Shown: positions 13,181-26,373, counted from the first letter of the stretch. The stretch is 64,000 bases of DNA from Pseudovirgaria hyperparasitica (GCA_010093815.1 ML996565.1), one strand, 5' to 3'. Notes: generated from the sequence alone by a model not told the origin. Numbers and translations: made by a program.

Positions 13181-14636
13181 ATGAACTTTCTCAATATTGC
13201 TCAGCCAAAGATGAATTTCTATCACTCACTTACGCAACAGCCAATTCCTCTGAAAAATCAGAGCGCTCAAACCCTCTCAGATCTATGCAAGTCTACCATC
13301 CCTCAACCCTTCCTGAACCCTCTCCTCCCCTCACCTCACCTCCAAACAGCCTGGAATGTCGCTACCCCTTACGACACTCCGGTGACCTACAAACGGCACG
13401 TATTTACTGCCACGCACGATACATACCCCGGTACCTTCACAGTGGACTTCGTCGTACACACACCTAGTGTTCCAGACCCTAGACTCCCTCATCGAACATC
13501 GTACTACACGACTACTGAATTTGAGGCCTTCACGTCCCAAGATACAAAACCCATGCTTATCACTCTTCATGGGCTTAGCGGCGGATCAGATGAGAATTAT
13601 GTCAAAGAATGTCTGCGTCTACTGACCGAAGACAAGACATGGGAGGCATGTGTAATAAATTCTAGGGGTTGTGCAAAGTCGGAGCTGAGCTCACCGATTT
13701 TATACCACTCTTCAGCGACATGGGACCTCCACCAAGTAGCGACTTTCTTGACACAGAGGTTCCCGAATAGGAAATTATATGGATTAGGGTTTTCGTTAGG
13801 TGCAAACGTTCTGACAACAGTGGGTTTTACTTCCTTCAGATAGACATAGCTAACAGAATATAGTATGCCGGACAGCAAGGGAACAACTGTGTATTAAAGG
13901 GTGCAGTCGTTTGTTCGAATCCATGGAACTTCGATATTTGCAGTATTCATCTACAGAGGACTTGGATTGGGAATATGTATTCAAAAGCAATGCTGTTTGC
14001 CATGAAGAACTTGGTCAAAAGGCTAGCTATCTTGTCTAGATCTTCGTTTAGGTTGTTAACAAGAGTAGGCATAAAGCGGAAATTTCGATGAACCAAAATA
14101 TCGATTTTGAGAAGCTCGAGCAGGCGGGTGATTTCAATGAGTTTAACAGGTTGGTTTGCCTGGCAACAGCTGCAGAGATGAGTAGAACTGACCTAGCACA
14201 GGTTCATACAGTGTCCAACATGGGACTATCCGACCGAAGGTGCATACTATCGAGACACTGCAAGCGTGAATTGGCTGCTGAAAGTGCAAATCCCGTTACT
14301 TGCCATACATGCAGAAGATGACCCTGTATGATAGAGTGTTCCATTCTATCGACCATATTAACCATAACTCAGTTGGCCTGCAAAGAGGCGATTCCTTACC
14401 AAGAGTTTGAAAGTAACTCAAATACAGTACTTTGTACTACCAAGTCTGGTGGTCATCTCGGTTGGTACGAAATCACTGGATCTAGATGGCATGCTAGAGC
14501 TGTAAGTGATCTTTATATGTTATGGATTGAGCTGACAGAATAGGCTGCTGCATTTCTAAACAAGCTGGCATTAGAAACAACCACTGAGCGTAAAGAACCT
14601 CGGTCGTTGGGCTCGGATTTGACGGATAGAGATTGA
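13181..14636 (+). CDS. Alpha/beta-hydrolase, Eht1/Eeb1/YheT-like (acyl-CoA:alcohol acyltransferase/esterase family)
   Basis: Six exons reconstructed. Motifs HLQT, LHGLSGGS, INSRGCA, nucleophile GFSLG, SNPWN, HAEDDP and GGHLGW. Stop TGA at 14634-14636. Confidence 0.85.
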
Positions 14637-17600
14637 AAGGGGAATAATTGATAAGAACCTATCATGATTTGTGATCAATGGCTTCTAAAACCTAGTACTA
14701 TTATTCTAGACAGAGACTAAGATGGAAAGGTTAGCTGGCGGAATGCTATTGCTAGTGTAATCTTTTTACTCTGGTGCCAAATGTGGATTAAAAGTTCTAC
14801 AATTGACTTCAGTCACAACTAAAGATGTCCGTAAGCCCTAGACGCCGCATAGATCCACTGACAGGCTTTCGTAACCTGGTAGATGGAAATCAGACGCAAG
14901 GGGCTGTTGGGCTAGAGACTTCACCTGACATGAGCAAGTTCATTGAACCTACAAGTCTGCCGCTAAAGAGCCTCGTAAGTAGTCCAACAAGGCGCGTGTC
15001 CCCGGAGAGGTAATGAGAGCGCATTAGACAAAAGCACTCGCTGCCTCGTCTAGTTGCAGACTTTAGCGCAAACGAAGTTGCGGGCTACCAAACATACGAT
15101 ATACCGCATGCCAGCATGCGTGGCGGTAAAAAGGTATTTGACAGCATGGTGAGTCTAACAAGTGAGCTGCAGCTCATATAGGGGCGAGTGGTAAGGCGGA
15201 TTGTCTTTTGGTCGCCGGAAGATCTATAGAATGCGGAATTACCTACGGTATTCTTAACCAGACTAAGACGCCTGCGGATTTCTAGATCCCAATATCCATA
15301 TATACACATTCATCTCTTGCCCAGGCGACAACAATATGATTTCAATTTGTCATCTTGTGAAGCAAAAGTGCATCAATGTCGGTGGTCGGTGTCGGGATAT
15401 TAAACACATCCGACTATCATCGTATAACATGGTAGTCAGAACTAGCGCCCGCAGTTGTCAGATGAATGGATCCACTCTATAAGCTAGGACTAACCCCAAG
15501 CAGCAGTCGGATCTCTCTCTCGCCAGCCCGTCTGCCCGATCCCCTATCGACGGTGACTGGTCGCCACTAACAGCTCTCCGGATCCGCCAATCAGTGGAAT
15601 CTCGGGTCTTGAAGTAGCCTGACAACTTTCCAGCCAACTTTCAACTGCACATCATTAAACTGAATCATCGAAAATTGCGTTGAGCCAGCTTAGGAGCAGA
15701 CCACATACTGCCAGATTTAAATATCAGCGAATCAATGACTGAGAATATTTGGCGTTTGCAATCCGGTAAGCAGAACGGAGGCGCCAACCCCAAGTTGACG
15801 CTAAAGTATGACTTGCTGGCGGCACAGTGTTTCAGAGGGATTCAATCTTGCGAAAGCGCCCGTATTAGAGCGTATACTAGTGTAGTCTAAGGCCAAACGG
15901 TTGATAGAATAAATGACAAATAGAGGTGCAGTAGTTCTGCTCTCCATGGTGGATATCAACAGTATCCATCACTCCCGGCTTGGTGCCGACTACGTGCTTG
16001 CTTTGATCGACCCTATGTCGATCCGTCGATTATGGGGATAATCGTTGAAGGATAGAGGGTAACATCCGAGCTAGCGGTAAGAGCCTTGCGGCCCTTGCCA
16101 TGCGGTCCATGCCGTGACACCATCAACGGTCTAGTAGTAGCCTGCATTAGAAGCGGAACCTGACAAGGAGAGTTTAGCAGGCGTATAGGAGATTTTCAGT
16201 AGTACTAAATACGTGTACACGGAGCCTAAGAAAGGATTCCAAGCCCCTTGTTGATCCTTCCCGTGCGTTCGGCCAATCATCATGCGAGAGCAATATGTCG
16301 AAGGTAGAAAGTGATCAGCTGGAATCACACCCCACCAGCTTGGCTGAGCTTTCTCCTTCGTTGATAAACAAACTCGACTGACGTAGTTGAATGTTTCCTG
16401 GCGTTCGTTCTTGGTGTAAATCGAAGCCAAAACCCATGATCTCGGCACACCCGAGGGCGTCAGATGCCACTTGCGCTACTATCTAGGGTCCTTTCGGCAC
16501 TGGTGGGCACGGTGGCAAAGCAGATAATAAGCCCAGCTCAGGAATAGTGCACCACTAGCTGGTCATTGTCGGGTGGAGAGTAGTGACTGGCCTCAGATGT
16601 TTCACACATGGTCAAAACCAAAGCCACGAGTACGTGCCCAGATATGCCAACTACAATTCCTTCAACGTCTCCAAGCCAAGATTCGGGAAGAGCGTCCTAA
16701 CAGTCGACTCACGGCCTCACTTGTCTGGTAAAAGAGCATTGGTTGCCCATGCTATCGTGTATCAAGTGCAAGGGAAGCCATCTGACGTAAACCTGTGACG
16801 TCCCGCTTGTTGATATTGAGCCAGTGTCTGGAGAGAGTATAGGTAGAACCGGAGGCATTTCCGTACCCTAGAAGATTGATGCGCCTCAGTGGCACACCCA
16901 GGATCTACGTAACATTGATCCCAGTATGCTAGATTGAGCTAACGTGTATTATGCTTAGCGTCTATAACCAGACATAAGACCATGTAGCTAATACAATCCT
17001 CCCACCACTACCCACTTCCTAGCCTTTCACTCTGAACCGGCGTAGTGATGATCAATAGCCGGGCCTAATCGCTCTTCGCTCCTACATATCTGACTCGGCC
17101 CCTCACTGACTGACACCCGAGTTTCAGCCCTAATAGTGTGCCTAGAATATACACATAGTCAGGTTAAGGGGTACTGATAAAGCCAGAACTAGACTAGAAA
17201 TATATAAAACTAACTAGGGTGCGTTATTTAAAGTCTAGAGATTTAGCTAATATGATTACTAGTATGCATATTCACTACGACTACTGCTCAGAATGAATAT
17301 CGGGTGCGTCATTTGAGCAGATATTGGATGTGTCATAGCCACGCGCCAAGTCTAGCAGTGGAAGAGCATGCATCTGGAGGTCGTCCTCTTGCCACGCATG
17401 GTGATCAAAAGTTTTCTTACGGTGTCTTGATCAAACTCTAAGAAAACGACGTCAGACTATTATGATAGTGGCGATTTGAACCAACTACGCCGATCCTATA
17501 GCAAACGGTGTGGTCCATTGATTACTAGTTAGGTATATTTCAGGGTGAAATTATTTCTGCATGAGCAGTCGCCAGGGATTCATGTCTGAGTACTCGAGTC

Positions 17601-19004
17601 CACAAAGAAGAGAAATTCCAAAGACCTGTCTCTAGTCATCTTGTGATGATATGTACGGCAAATCATCTACCTGGTCGGCAAAATCGTGTTCGTAGACCAA
17701 TTTAGAGTACGAGATTACGGCCGTAAATGTTTCTCATATCCCTAACTGCGTTTAAATTTAGTAACTAGGGACCAGGAGAAGCTGACCCGGAGATGACGTA
17801 TAGAAGAACGCGGTCATTACCACTCACACATACTATGTCCGCTCGATGTGGAATAGATTAGTGACTACAGTCCTGTTCCTTGTACGATGCCACGGAAAAA
17901 GTCCTTGCTGATTGCCACAGAACATTATATAGATGCGTCATGGTTATACGACGACTGGGCGGCCGCTCCGAAATCGAGAACAGTAGTAGCAACCGATGAT
18001 CGCCGTGGCATCTTGTCTGTCACGTTGTCGCTATTGTATATATGATGGATTAGGACCTTACGGATCATCAACTAATGCGCCCACATGCGCTATTACACGC
18101 AGAAAAGTGGTTAAAGAAGCTATCGGAATGACCGCAACACAACGCAGCATCTTTATATGGAGAAACGGCATCCAGATCAGCAGCGTTCGGAAAGCCTAGA
18201 GTGTGTCAGCTATGCTATCATCAATCAAGAGAGTAGTAAGTGCTACCTTATCTTGAGTCCGATCTTGTTTTCTGAACATGTTGGTGCCGTGAGTAGACAT
18301 ATGATATCGGGAAACCCGAGTCCGTTAGCATATGGAAACCTTTTTCACATCAAATTTAAGGCTTTTCAATGGTCAATTTGCTCTATTACTGGGGTCTCAT
18401 GACAGCAGCGCCGATACTGCAGGTATGGATCGATCGCACCAACGCGATTACTCGATAATCATTCCGCCGGTGTGTGTCGCCAGGGGCGCTGGGCGTGTAA
18501 AGAATTTGCTTGTCGTCGAAGCAGCATCGCTGAGCTTGTAGAAACAGTGTACTAGCTTCCCGTCTTAACTCGGAGCGGCCGCATCTCCTATGTGGCGTCT
18601 CTTGCATCTATCTCTTACTGAAGGCACTCGACAAGGAGGCTGCCGGAACGGAATTTATGGATGAGCGCTGCTTTGTAGGCGAACCATCCTCATCTCTAGC
18701 TAGGAACTGCCATCGTATGAAACTGCAAACAGCATAGAGGGATCTGACAAGACCACTTGTTGCGCGTTGATAATGGCAGATGACATAGCGGGATGATGGT
18801 TTGAGGGACCTTCAACCTTACAATAACAAGGCTTGCACTAGCTCCATTTGGTATGGTATATAGACTTAGCGCCAAGAACTGCTCACCTTGCGCCTTTATG
18901 ACAACATTCGAAATGTTCACTTTGCACAAATCTAATCGAGCTTGTTCTGTTGCTACACCTCATGCGATGGCAGCAAAACAAGTCGTGTGCTTGTAAAATC
19001 GGTT

Positions 19005-20212
19005 ATGCCCATGTTACGCGCCAATAAGAGAGTGGCAATTGCGCAGCTGCGAACATGGAGTCCTACACCAAGAGCCTTCTCATCGACCGAAGCTCAGAGA
19101 GCCATAGCTGCAACATTCTCACTTGATGAAGTAGAATCGGCACGAAGATACTGCGCGAATCTTGTTCGGTTCGTCTTTTCAAATTTCATTAGTACATCCA
19201 TCATTGACAACCACGTAGGAAGTACGACTCTCCAGCCTTCACCTTCCAAACTTTCCTTCCGCCTTCGTCCTTAGACGCCTACATATCCCTCCGCGCTTTC
19301 AATATCGATATTGCGCGCGTCGCAGATGCAACCTCCTCCGCGACAGTCGGTACATTGCGCATGCAATTCTGGCGCGACACAATCACAAAATCCCTCTCCG
19401 GCACGCCTCCGAAAGAGCCCATCGCAATTCTCCTCGCAGTCGCCGCTGACGCCCTGCAAGCAAGGTCCAATTGCACGACGCGATGGAGTAAGAGTTGGTT
19501 CCACCGCATCATCGATACACGTGCAGCACATCTCTCCAACCCGCCTTTTCCGAGTCTTGAAGCGGTGGAGACGTATGCCGAGAACACATATTCCACCCTC
19601 CTTTACCTAAACCTCCAATCACTCGGCCTCGCTTCCCTCACCGCGGACCACCTGGCATCACATATCGGGAAAGCAACAGGCATAACAACCCTGCTCCGAG
19701 GTCTCCCGCTCATTGCATTTCCGCCACCGCCAAATAAACACAACCCGTCCGCGTTGAACCCTCAATTAGAAGCGCATCGGCAAGGTGCCGTCCTTCTTCC
19801 ACTCGACATCATGGCATCCACTGGTGTTGTCGAAGAGCAAGTGTTCCGCGAAGGCGCAGGTGCACCGGGGTTACGGGACGCGGTGTTTGAGGTCGCGACG
19901 CGCGCCAACGATCATCTGATCACGGCGCGGGAGATGTTAAAGAATGTGCGTGCTGGGGCTGATGTTGGGCATGAATTTGAGCATCAAGGGGATGCGGAGA
20001 GGGCTGATTACGCACAAGTGGAAAGTGGAACACAAAAGCAATTGCAGGAGATAGATCGGGGTTTTGGAGTGCTAATGCAGGCGGTGTCGACACAGATGTG
20101 GCTGGATAGGCTGCAGAAGGTGGACTTTAATGTGTTTGATGAGAGTCTGAGGACCACGGACTGGCGGCTGCCGTGGAAGGCGTATTGGGTACATAAAAGG
20201 CGAAGGCTTTGA
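19005..20212 (+). CDS. NDUFAF6: Squalene/phytoene synthase-like mitochondrial complex I assembly factor (NDUFAF6-like)
   Basis: Arg-rich mitochondrial-type presequence, then YCANLVR-(intron)-KYD, LRAFNIDIARV, LRMQFWRD, YAENTYSTLLYL, HLASHIGKATGI and LQKVDFNVF. Confidence 0.82.
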
Positions 20213-21125
20213 GGGCTTGACTGTACACTATGCCAAAGTTGTACCATATCACATGTATAACAAATGTAATGATTCGATATGCTTCTATGATCGACCGTAT
20301 GTGTCTGCTCTACGTCGTGTTTAAGCATATAATTGCGGATTGACATCGCCCATACAGTCCAATAACTACAAATCCGGAGCCCTTTCAAAAGTGGTCCGCT
20401 CGAGGATTAAATCAATGGGGGAGCATACAACACCGGTCAGCATCTTAGTCTTTACGTATTTCATACTGTCTGTATTCGAGCAGAGGTGCGGAGGAAGCAA
20501 GCAGGGTACCTAAGTACTACCGTTGCTAAATTATGATCTCCGATTGAGCTCTATAATTGGATACATACCTCTCATTCAGCTGTAAGTAGGATCTGCGTGG
20601 AAGCTGAGGCGTAGATTGACACGGGTGGTCCGTATTCTCTTTCCTAATGTCATCTCCCTTTCACCTCTCCTCAGCATAAGATACAGTTCTGTACCCTGAG
20701 CTGTTCATCCCCTCAGTTCCTCACCTTCCGCGTTCACACGCGCCACCCTCATCAACTAGATCCCAATTTTCTCACATATCTCCACGTTAACCAGTGATAT
20801 AGAGTGCAAATAGCAACTGTATTTACAAATGACGAGAAGATAGGAGGTAGGTCGACAAAAGAATTCTACGACGAGTAAGTCTCACAGTCGTGATAGCGTT
20901 GCCCATCCTCTATTATGACTGTTGTAGCTGAAGCTCAAAAGGCGTTAAATAGGAAGACTGCGATGTCATGGGATCACATCGAAAAGCGAGAGGTGTGTGC
21001 CTGCTGGTGTATGTACAAGTACTATTCATTTCTTTTACAGAATCTGCCTGGGTATAAAATGGTGTATATGTGAACTTGCACATAAATGATAGGCTGTTAG
21101 TCATTATCTCCTACGAGGCTGTGTC

Positions 21126-22500
21126 TCACAGCGATGGTGGCCTCGTCTTGCTATCCAGTATCTCACTCGGTACGAGGCTGGCTCGAGGTATTTGAACTTC
21201 TGTCCCTGGATGATGTCTGAAGACTGTTGCATCACTCTTGGTAGTCTGTCGTGAGAGGTCTCGGGTATGTGTAGGCCCGCGATACTGCTTTGGTACGTCT
21301 GGCACGTGTGGCCTATCACGCTCCTCCTGCCTCTCAGCGAGATTCTGCTGCAACCGTTGAGCTTCAACCCTGTTTGACTGAGAGTTGACCCAGCTCTCCA
21401 CTGTCTTGAATCGTGGGCCAGTTGACCGGAAAGTTGATCCAGACATGCGATTGAAATCGTGATCTTTAGGAGTCTGAGCAGCCTGGGATGTGTTCCAGCT
21501 GAAATGTGAGGATTTTAGGGGTGCCGCGCTAATGCGTCGGTTGGCGATGAATTGCTTGAAGGTTTGTGGAGACCGGCCGAAATCGGGTGCAGGTTCCTCT
21601 TGTGATTGTATGATGTATGTATCAGAACCATCAGAGCTGGTCCTTGTGTGCCTATGGTCAGCTGTACGAGCTAGCGGAATCTGAGTTGGTAGAGGGTGTA
21701 CGTCGTCTCTGATTTCCTCCCTCTCTTCACGAAGACGTGACCTTTCGCTATCTCTATGACTCGATTGATATGTGCATACACCGCGTGGATTGACTAAGGG
21801 CCGAATCGAAGCATTGCTTGGATGACTTAGCACAGATTCGGGAGGCGAGACTGGTAGGCTCTTGGAATAAGCTCCTTCGATCTCGTACTGATAACCATGC
21901 TGCGTGAACTTGATTGAGTCATTATCTAAGCTTCGGTCTGTCCACGTCTTGGCCCTGAGGAGGTCTTGGAAACTCAAGTTCCGCTTGCGCATTGAGTAAA
22001 TCGCATATATGGCCAGAACAAGAAAAATCGTGGCTCCTGTCTCATGTCAGCTCACGAATCGTAAGTGACCCTGGTGTGCTTACCGATAGACCCAGCAGCT
22101 ATCAAAATATGCTCTGTGCCCTCTGACAGGTTCGAATTCCCATGCGAAGGTGGTAAGACTGTGGCCCCAGGATATCCATCCGCGCTGGTTTGCATTGCAG
22201 CAGCGACTCGCACGGTTCTTGATGCCGCATTACTCCGCCTTGAGCCTGCCATCATCATCTGGGACAGTTTGCGTCAGCTTCAGCAGTCGTATCACAAGAT
22301 ATATAACATACTGTACTAGTCCCGTTATCATCACCCTCCTCAATGTCCCTTACTTCGATGAAGGCCGAAGAAAAGGATGATGCCTCTTTGACAGATGAGT
22401 CGAGGACAGAGTGCTTAGGGTCGAATAGAAATCTTGATGGTACAGCTTGGCGAAAAGATGCTCTTTCGTGTAGGGGCCCATAGTTCGGTTCCATAGACAT
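21126..22500 (-). CDS. Hypothetical single-pass membrane protein with a long disordered C-terminal tail
   Basis: Three ORFs join in frame through two canonical introns (gtatgt..cccag; gtaagc..acag). The join creates one hydrophobic span LIAAGSIGATIFLVLAIYAIYS followed by MRKR. The C-terminus contains RFKTVESWVNSQ and VFRHHPGTEV. Confidence 0.65.
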
Positions 22501-24154
22501 GGTGATTCAGGAGACGACCGCGGTAGTCCTTTCGAGTTTACTGTACGAGCTCCAGCTCAGCAGCTGTGACCTGTCGTGGAACTAGCAATCCCTATTAATT
22601 CGATAGAAGGACACAACAAAATAATAGGAAGTGCTGTCTGAGCCTGCCCAGACAGTAAGGAGTAACCAGAGCCGAGTAAACCGAAAGTTAAGTCGAAGCA
22701 GACCGGCTGCTAGATGAGAAAGTTAGACAAGGAAAATCAGAAGTAAAAGAAAGAGAGTGCCGGTGTTGGTACAAGTCACGAAACGTGAATCGCGAGGGAG
22801 GGAGAATCAAGCATTTGATTGTTGCATTGCATTGAGACGGGGCTCTAACAAGGAATGAATGGCGCTTGCGTGAGACGATAGAAGGGTTTGGTTGGTGCAT
22901 TCGAATTATAACCCTTGTGCGCCTACAAGGGCATCTCACCGCAAGCGGCGACAAAGCATGATGAGCCTTCAGAGCACACACGAAGACTTGAGTGGAACAA
23001 CAGGTCCGAGGGCTCATCCTGCACCAATGAGTGGAGAGCGAGACGTCTGAAGAGCCAAAATTGGAGTGCCTATGCAGCCTCTACGCCTCTTTGGGCATCT
23101 CGAGACGCCAAGCAGCCCCCAAGGAGACGAACATGAAACATTACCGAGACACCAGATTGAGGAGCCGGTGGAGCAACGAAACCTCCTCGGATGAACACGA
23201 GTGTGACATGGTGTGAGATCTAGCACAGCCGATATGTCGGCAGGACGGTGGACTCAGCGGAGGTGAACGGATATTCTAGACGTCGGTTCGTGTTTTTCGA
23301 ACATGAGAACTAGAAATATATATAGTGTAGCCTCGGGTTATCTCGCTGCCTTGTGGCCTAATTGAAAGATCTTACTGCCTCAGGCCAAAGTCGGCAACTC
23401 GGTGAAAGGCTCAGATCTTTTTCGTATTTTCTTTTCGTACTTTTCCTTCTTAATAGCCTGATATGCTGCGCCGCAAACATGTGGGGAAAGCCACGTACAG
23501 TACTGCGCGTTCTCGGCCATTGATATCTCTTGTTCAACAGTCATCTGTTGATCCGTTGATCATATGAGGTGCGAAATGTGATCTTCGTCAGACTTGCAAC
23601 ATAATCACCCTTTCGTTTTTCTCGTTACTCGTATCATGAAGAATATCGCTGCGCCGGTTGGAAGCCCCTATGACGCAACGTACCGGAACTTACATCCATC
23701 GTCAAAGATGCATCTGCGAGAGACATTCTAGAAGGCCACTAGCGTAGTAGAGAATGACAAGCGAAATCTCAGGCGATCCTCCAAGACGCCATGCTAGAGC
23801 TTGCATGGGTCTTCTGTCGTGATCTCGAGGCTGAGTACACTTTATCGCGTGATGCTCAGCCATTGCACATTGCGAATTACGACGCGTTTCTCCGGAGTTC
23901 ATCTCGGCTCCATAGTGCCGCAAGCATCATAAAAGCCCAAGTATCTCGCTTCGATTCGATTTTCCTCCATCAACATTTACTGCACACTCTTACAACCATC
24001 TTCTATTCTCACTTGTAATCCTCCGAAACATTCGGACCTTACTTTTGACAACCGTACCCACCCTACGTCACAAAATCACCACTATCATAAGCCATATATA
24101 CCACAACTACCTTACCAATTTCAGATTTCTCTACACAAAATCTAACCAGCCGCC

Positions 24155-24646
24155 ATGTCCGACCAGTACAATCAATACTACTCCAATCACTCCTCTCCAG
24201 CCCCAGGCGGCAACTACTACCACCAAGGCCCTCAATACCAACAAACTGGCTACACTTCCGAGCAACAAGTCTCCCGAACCTCGTATGGCCCACCCGAGAA
24301 AGGTGGCTATCAACACGGCCAAGGAGGCGCTGCCGACTACTATAATGATGCCAAACACAGTAATACCTACGACGTTCGTACTCCATCAGGCCAATATCCC
24401 CAGCAAGGGCCATATGGCCAGCAACCCAGTTACTCTGGTCACAACCCCAACCACGGACAAAGCACTGAGCGTGGCTGGAAGGGTGCGACTGCTGGTGCGA
24501 CGGCCGGGTTCTTTGGAGGCAAGCATTTGCCGGGCCATCATAAGTTCCTTGGTGCTATCGCCGGAGGGTTCCTAGGTAGTAAGTTGGAGGATAGCCATAA
24601 AAAGAAGAAGAGGGTAGGCAAGGCGAACAAATTTGGTGGATGGTAG
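24155..24646 (+). CDS. Small Q/Y/G/N-rich protein with a C-terminal glycine-zipper (2TM-like) region
   Basis: Good start context (gccgccATG). The low-complexity N-terminus is followed by ERGWKGATAGATAGFFGG..HKFLGAIAGGFLGSKLED and a Lys-rich tail. Confidence 0.8.
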   Translation: MSDQYNQYYSNHSSPAPGGNYYHQGPQYQQTGYTSEQQVSRTSYGPPEKGGYQHGQGGAADYYNDAKHSNTYDVRTPSGQYPQQGPYGQQPSYSGHNPNHGQSTERGWKGATAGATAGFFGGKHLPGHHKFLGAIAGGFLGSKLEDSHKKKKRVGKANKFGGW

Positions 24647-25332
24647 ACATGCCCCATTGGTACTGATAATTCATTCATTCGCTGCGGAACGGCGTTTGGT
24701 TTGGGACCTATAGATCGTGAGCGGAACTTTGGATTTGATCGGCTATTGTATACAACATAACACTATCTCATAAGACCTTCGGCGATTCTTTGGCTTTCAG
24801 AGTATGAACATGCCACTATCTCGACAATCACAAAGATTTCATTAGTCTCCACTGTTGGCTGTGCCATCGCTATTACGGGATTCAAATTCTCGCTCGTAAG
24901 TCACGTACACCTGGTAATGCGTAAGGTATCCGATGGCCATTCCGATGGCCATTACTGCTTCGATTTCTGCCAAGTCTGCACTGTGTGTCTCACAGTCTTT
25001 GTAACTTCATACGGGGGGTGGTAGGGAGCTGAAACGCCTCACTGGCAATTCTGCTTCGCAAGTTGTGGTCGAAACTACACACGTCAGAGGTGTGGTATAC
25101 ATCTATACAGTATGCAAAAATTTAAAAGTGAAGGTGAAGTATCCTGTATGTTGGGACGTCCTTGGTATTGAGGACCTCGAGTCTCGAGTGCGTAAGTGGA
25201 ACGCTGGAGCCGATGAAACAAGTAATGCAAATTTATGTGGGCATTCATGGCCACTGGGGTATATCCAATATTAGGCAACCAAAACGCCGCGCGAATGTCC
25301 TTGATGTGAGTACTTGGGTACGTGTCATGCCT

Positions 25333-26373
25333 TTACCCTTCTGCAGCATCTTCCTGTCTTATCTGTTCCTCCAATCTCCGCCGCTCGGCAGCCTGTTGCG
25401 CTGCTTTCAGACGCATCATTGTAGCCTCCATGTTGTTCGATGGACTCCCCTGTGCTGGCGAGAAAGAAAATGATGGTGACGCACCAACACCTCCCACTGA
25501 CCCCATAGATGACCGAAATGACCTGTTCAATGCCGGACTACCAATTGGTGTAGACGGCGCGGCTCCGAGCTCCGTCCTCGCTACATTGCCAGCGCTGATA
25601 TCGACAAACAATTCAGAGAGCGCCTTGCCGTCTTCCAGTGCGCTGAGGGCTGAGAACGCTGACCCGAATGTGATGGCAGCAGTCGCAACAAGCTTCTTGT
25701 GCTTCTCGCCCGCGAGCCGTGTTTTCTTCTCACGCAAGACAAATGCATGTTCAATCCTCCCGAAGCGCGAGAACATATCCGTAATACTCTTCTCTTCGTA
25801 TGTGAGACCTGCGCCTTCTCTTAAGAATCGGACGAAGATGCGACGCTCGATCTCCGGTGCTTGTGCTTGTTGAGGTGTGTGCGTATTTGGCGGCTGCTCA
25901 ATAATAGATGCATCCTCTTCATCACGCTTCTTCCTATCATGCTCCATCTGCATGCGCTTCCGTCTACCCTCCTCTGCCAACCTTCTCAAATCGCGCTCCT
26001 GCTGCTCAAGCTCATCCTCCTCTTCTGCTCTTTTACGCTTGAATCCACTCTCTCGCCTCTCCAAATCCTCCTTCATCGTGCGTCGCTTCCCTTCCAGCAG
26101 GTCATTCTGTCGCTGCTTTTGTATGCGCGCGATGCGTGTCTTGTCGTGGAGAGCCTTGGCTTCAGGATTGAGAAGCACATCGCGTGCTATTCCGATAAGG
26201 TGGAATTTCTCAACGATGTTAAGATTACCGGGATTTTTGTCCGGGTGATATTTGAGACTGGTCTTGCGATAGGCGCGTTTGATGTCTGCTTCGCTGGTTT
26301 CGTATGAGACGCCGAGGAGTTCGTAAAAGTCGTGTGTGCTGGTTGCGTGTTGTTTGAGATCTTCTGTTGACAT
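25333..26373 (-). CDS. CWC23: DnaJ-domain + RRM spliceosomal co-chaperone (Cwc23/Cwf23/DNAJC17)
   Basis: J domain DFYELLGV..IKRAYRKTSLKYHPDKNP, then MKEDLERRE, a coiled coil and an RRM-like MFSRFGRIE. Likely start MSTEDLKQ at 26373. Confidence 0.82.
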   Translation of the reverse strand: MSTEDLKQHATSTHDFYELLGVSYETSEADIKRAYRKTSLKYHPDKNPGNLNIVEKFHLIGIARDVLLNPEAKALHDKTRIARIQKQRQNDLLEGKRRTMKEDLERRESGFKRKRAEEEDELEQQERDLRRLAEEGRRKRMQMEHDRKKRDEEDASIIEQPPNTHTPQQAQAPEIERRIFVRFLREGAGLTYEEKSITDMFSRFGRIEHAFVLREKKTRLAGEKHKKLVATAAITFGSAFSALSALEDGKALSELFVDISAGNVARTELGAAPSTPIGSPALNRSFRSSMGSVGGVGASPSFSFSPAQGSPSNNMEATMMRLKAAQQAAERRRLEEQIRQEDAAEG

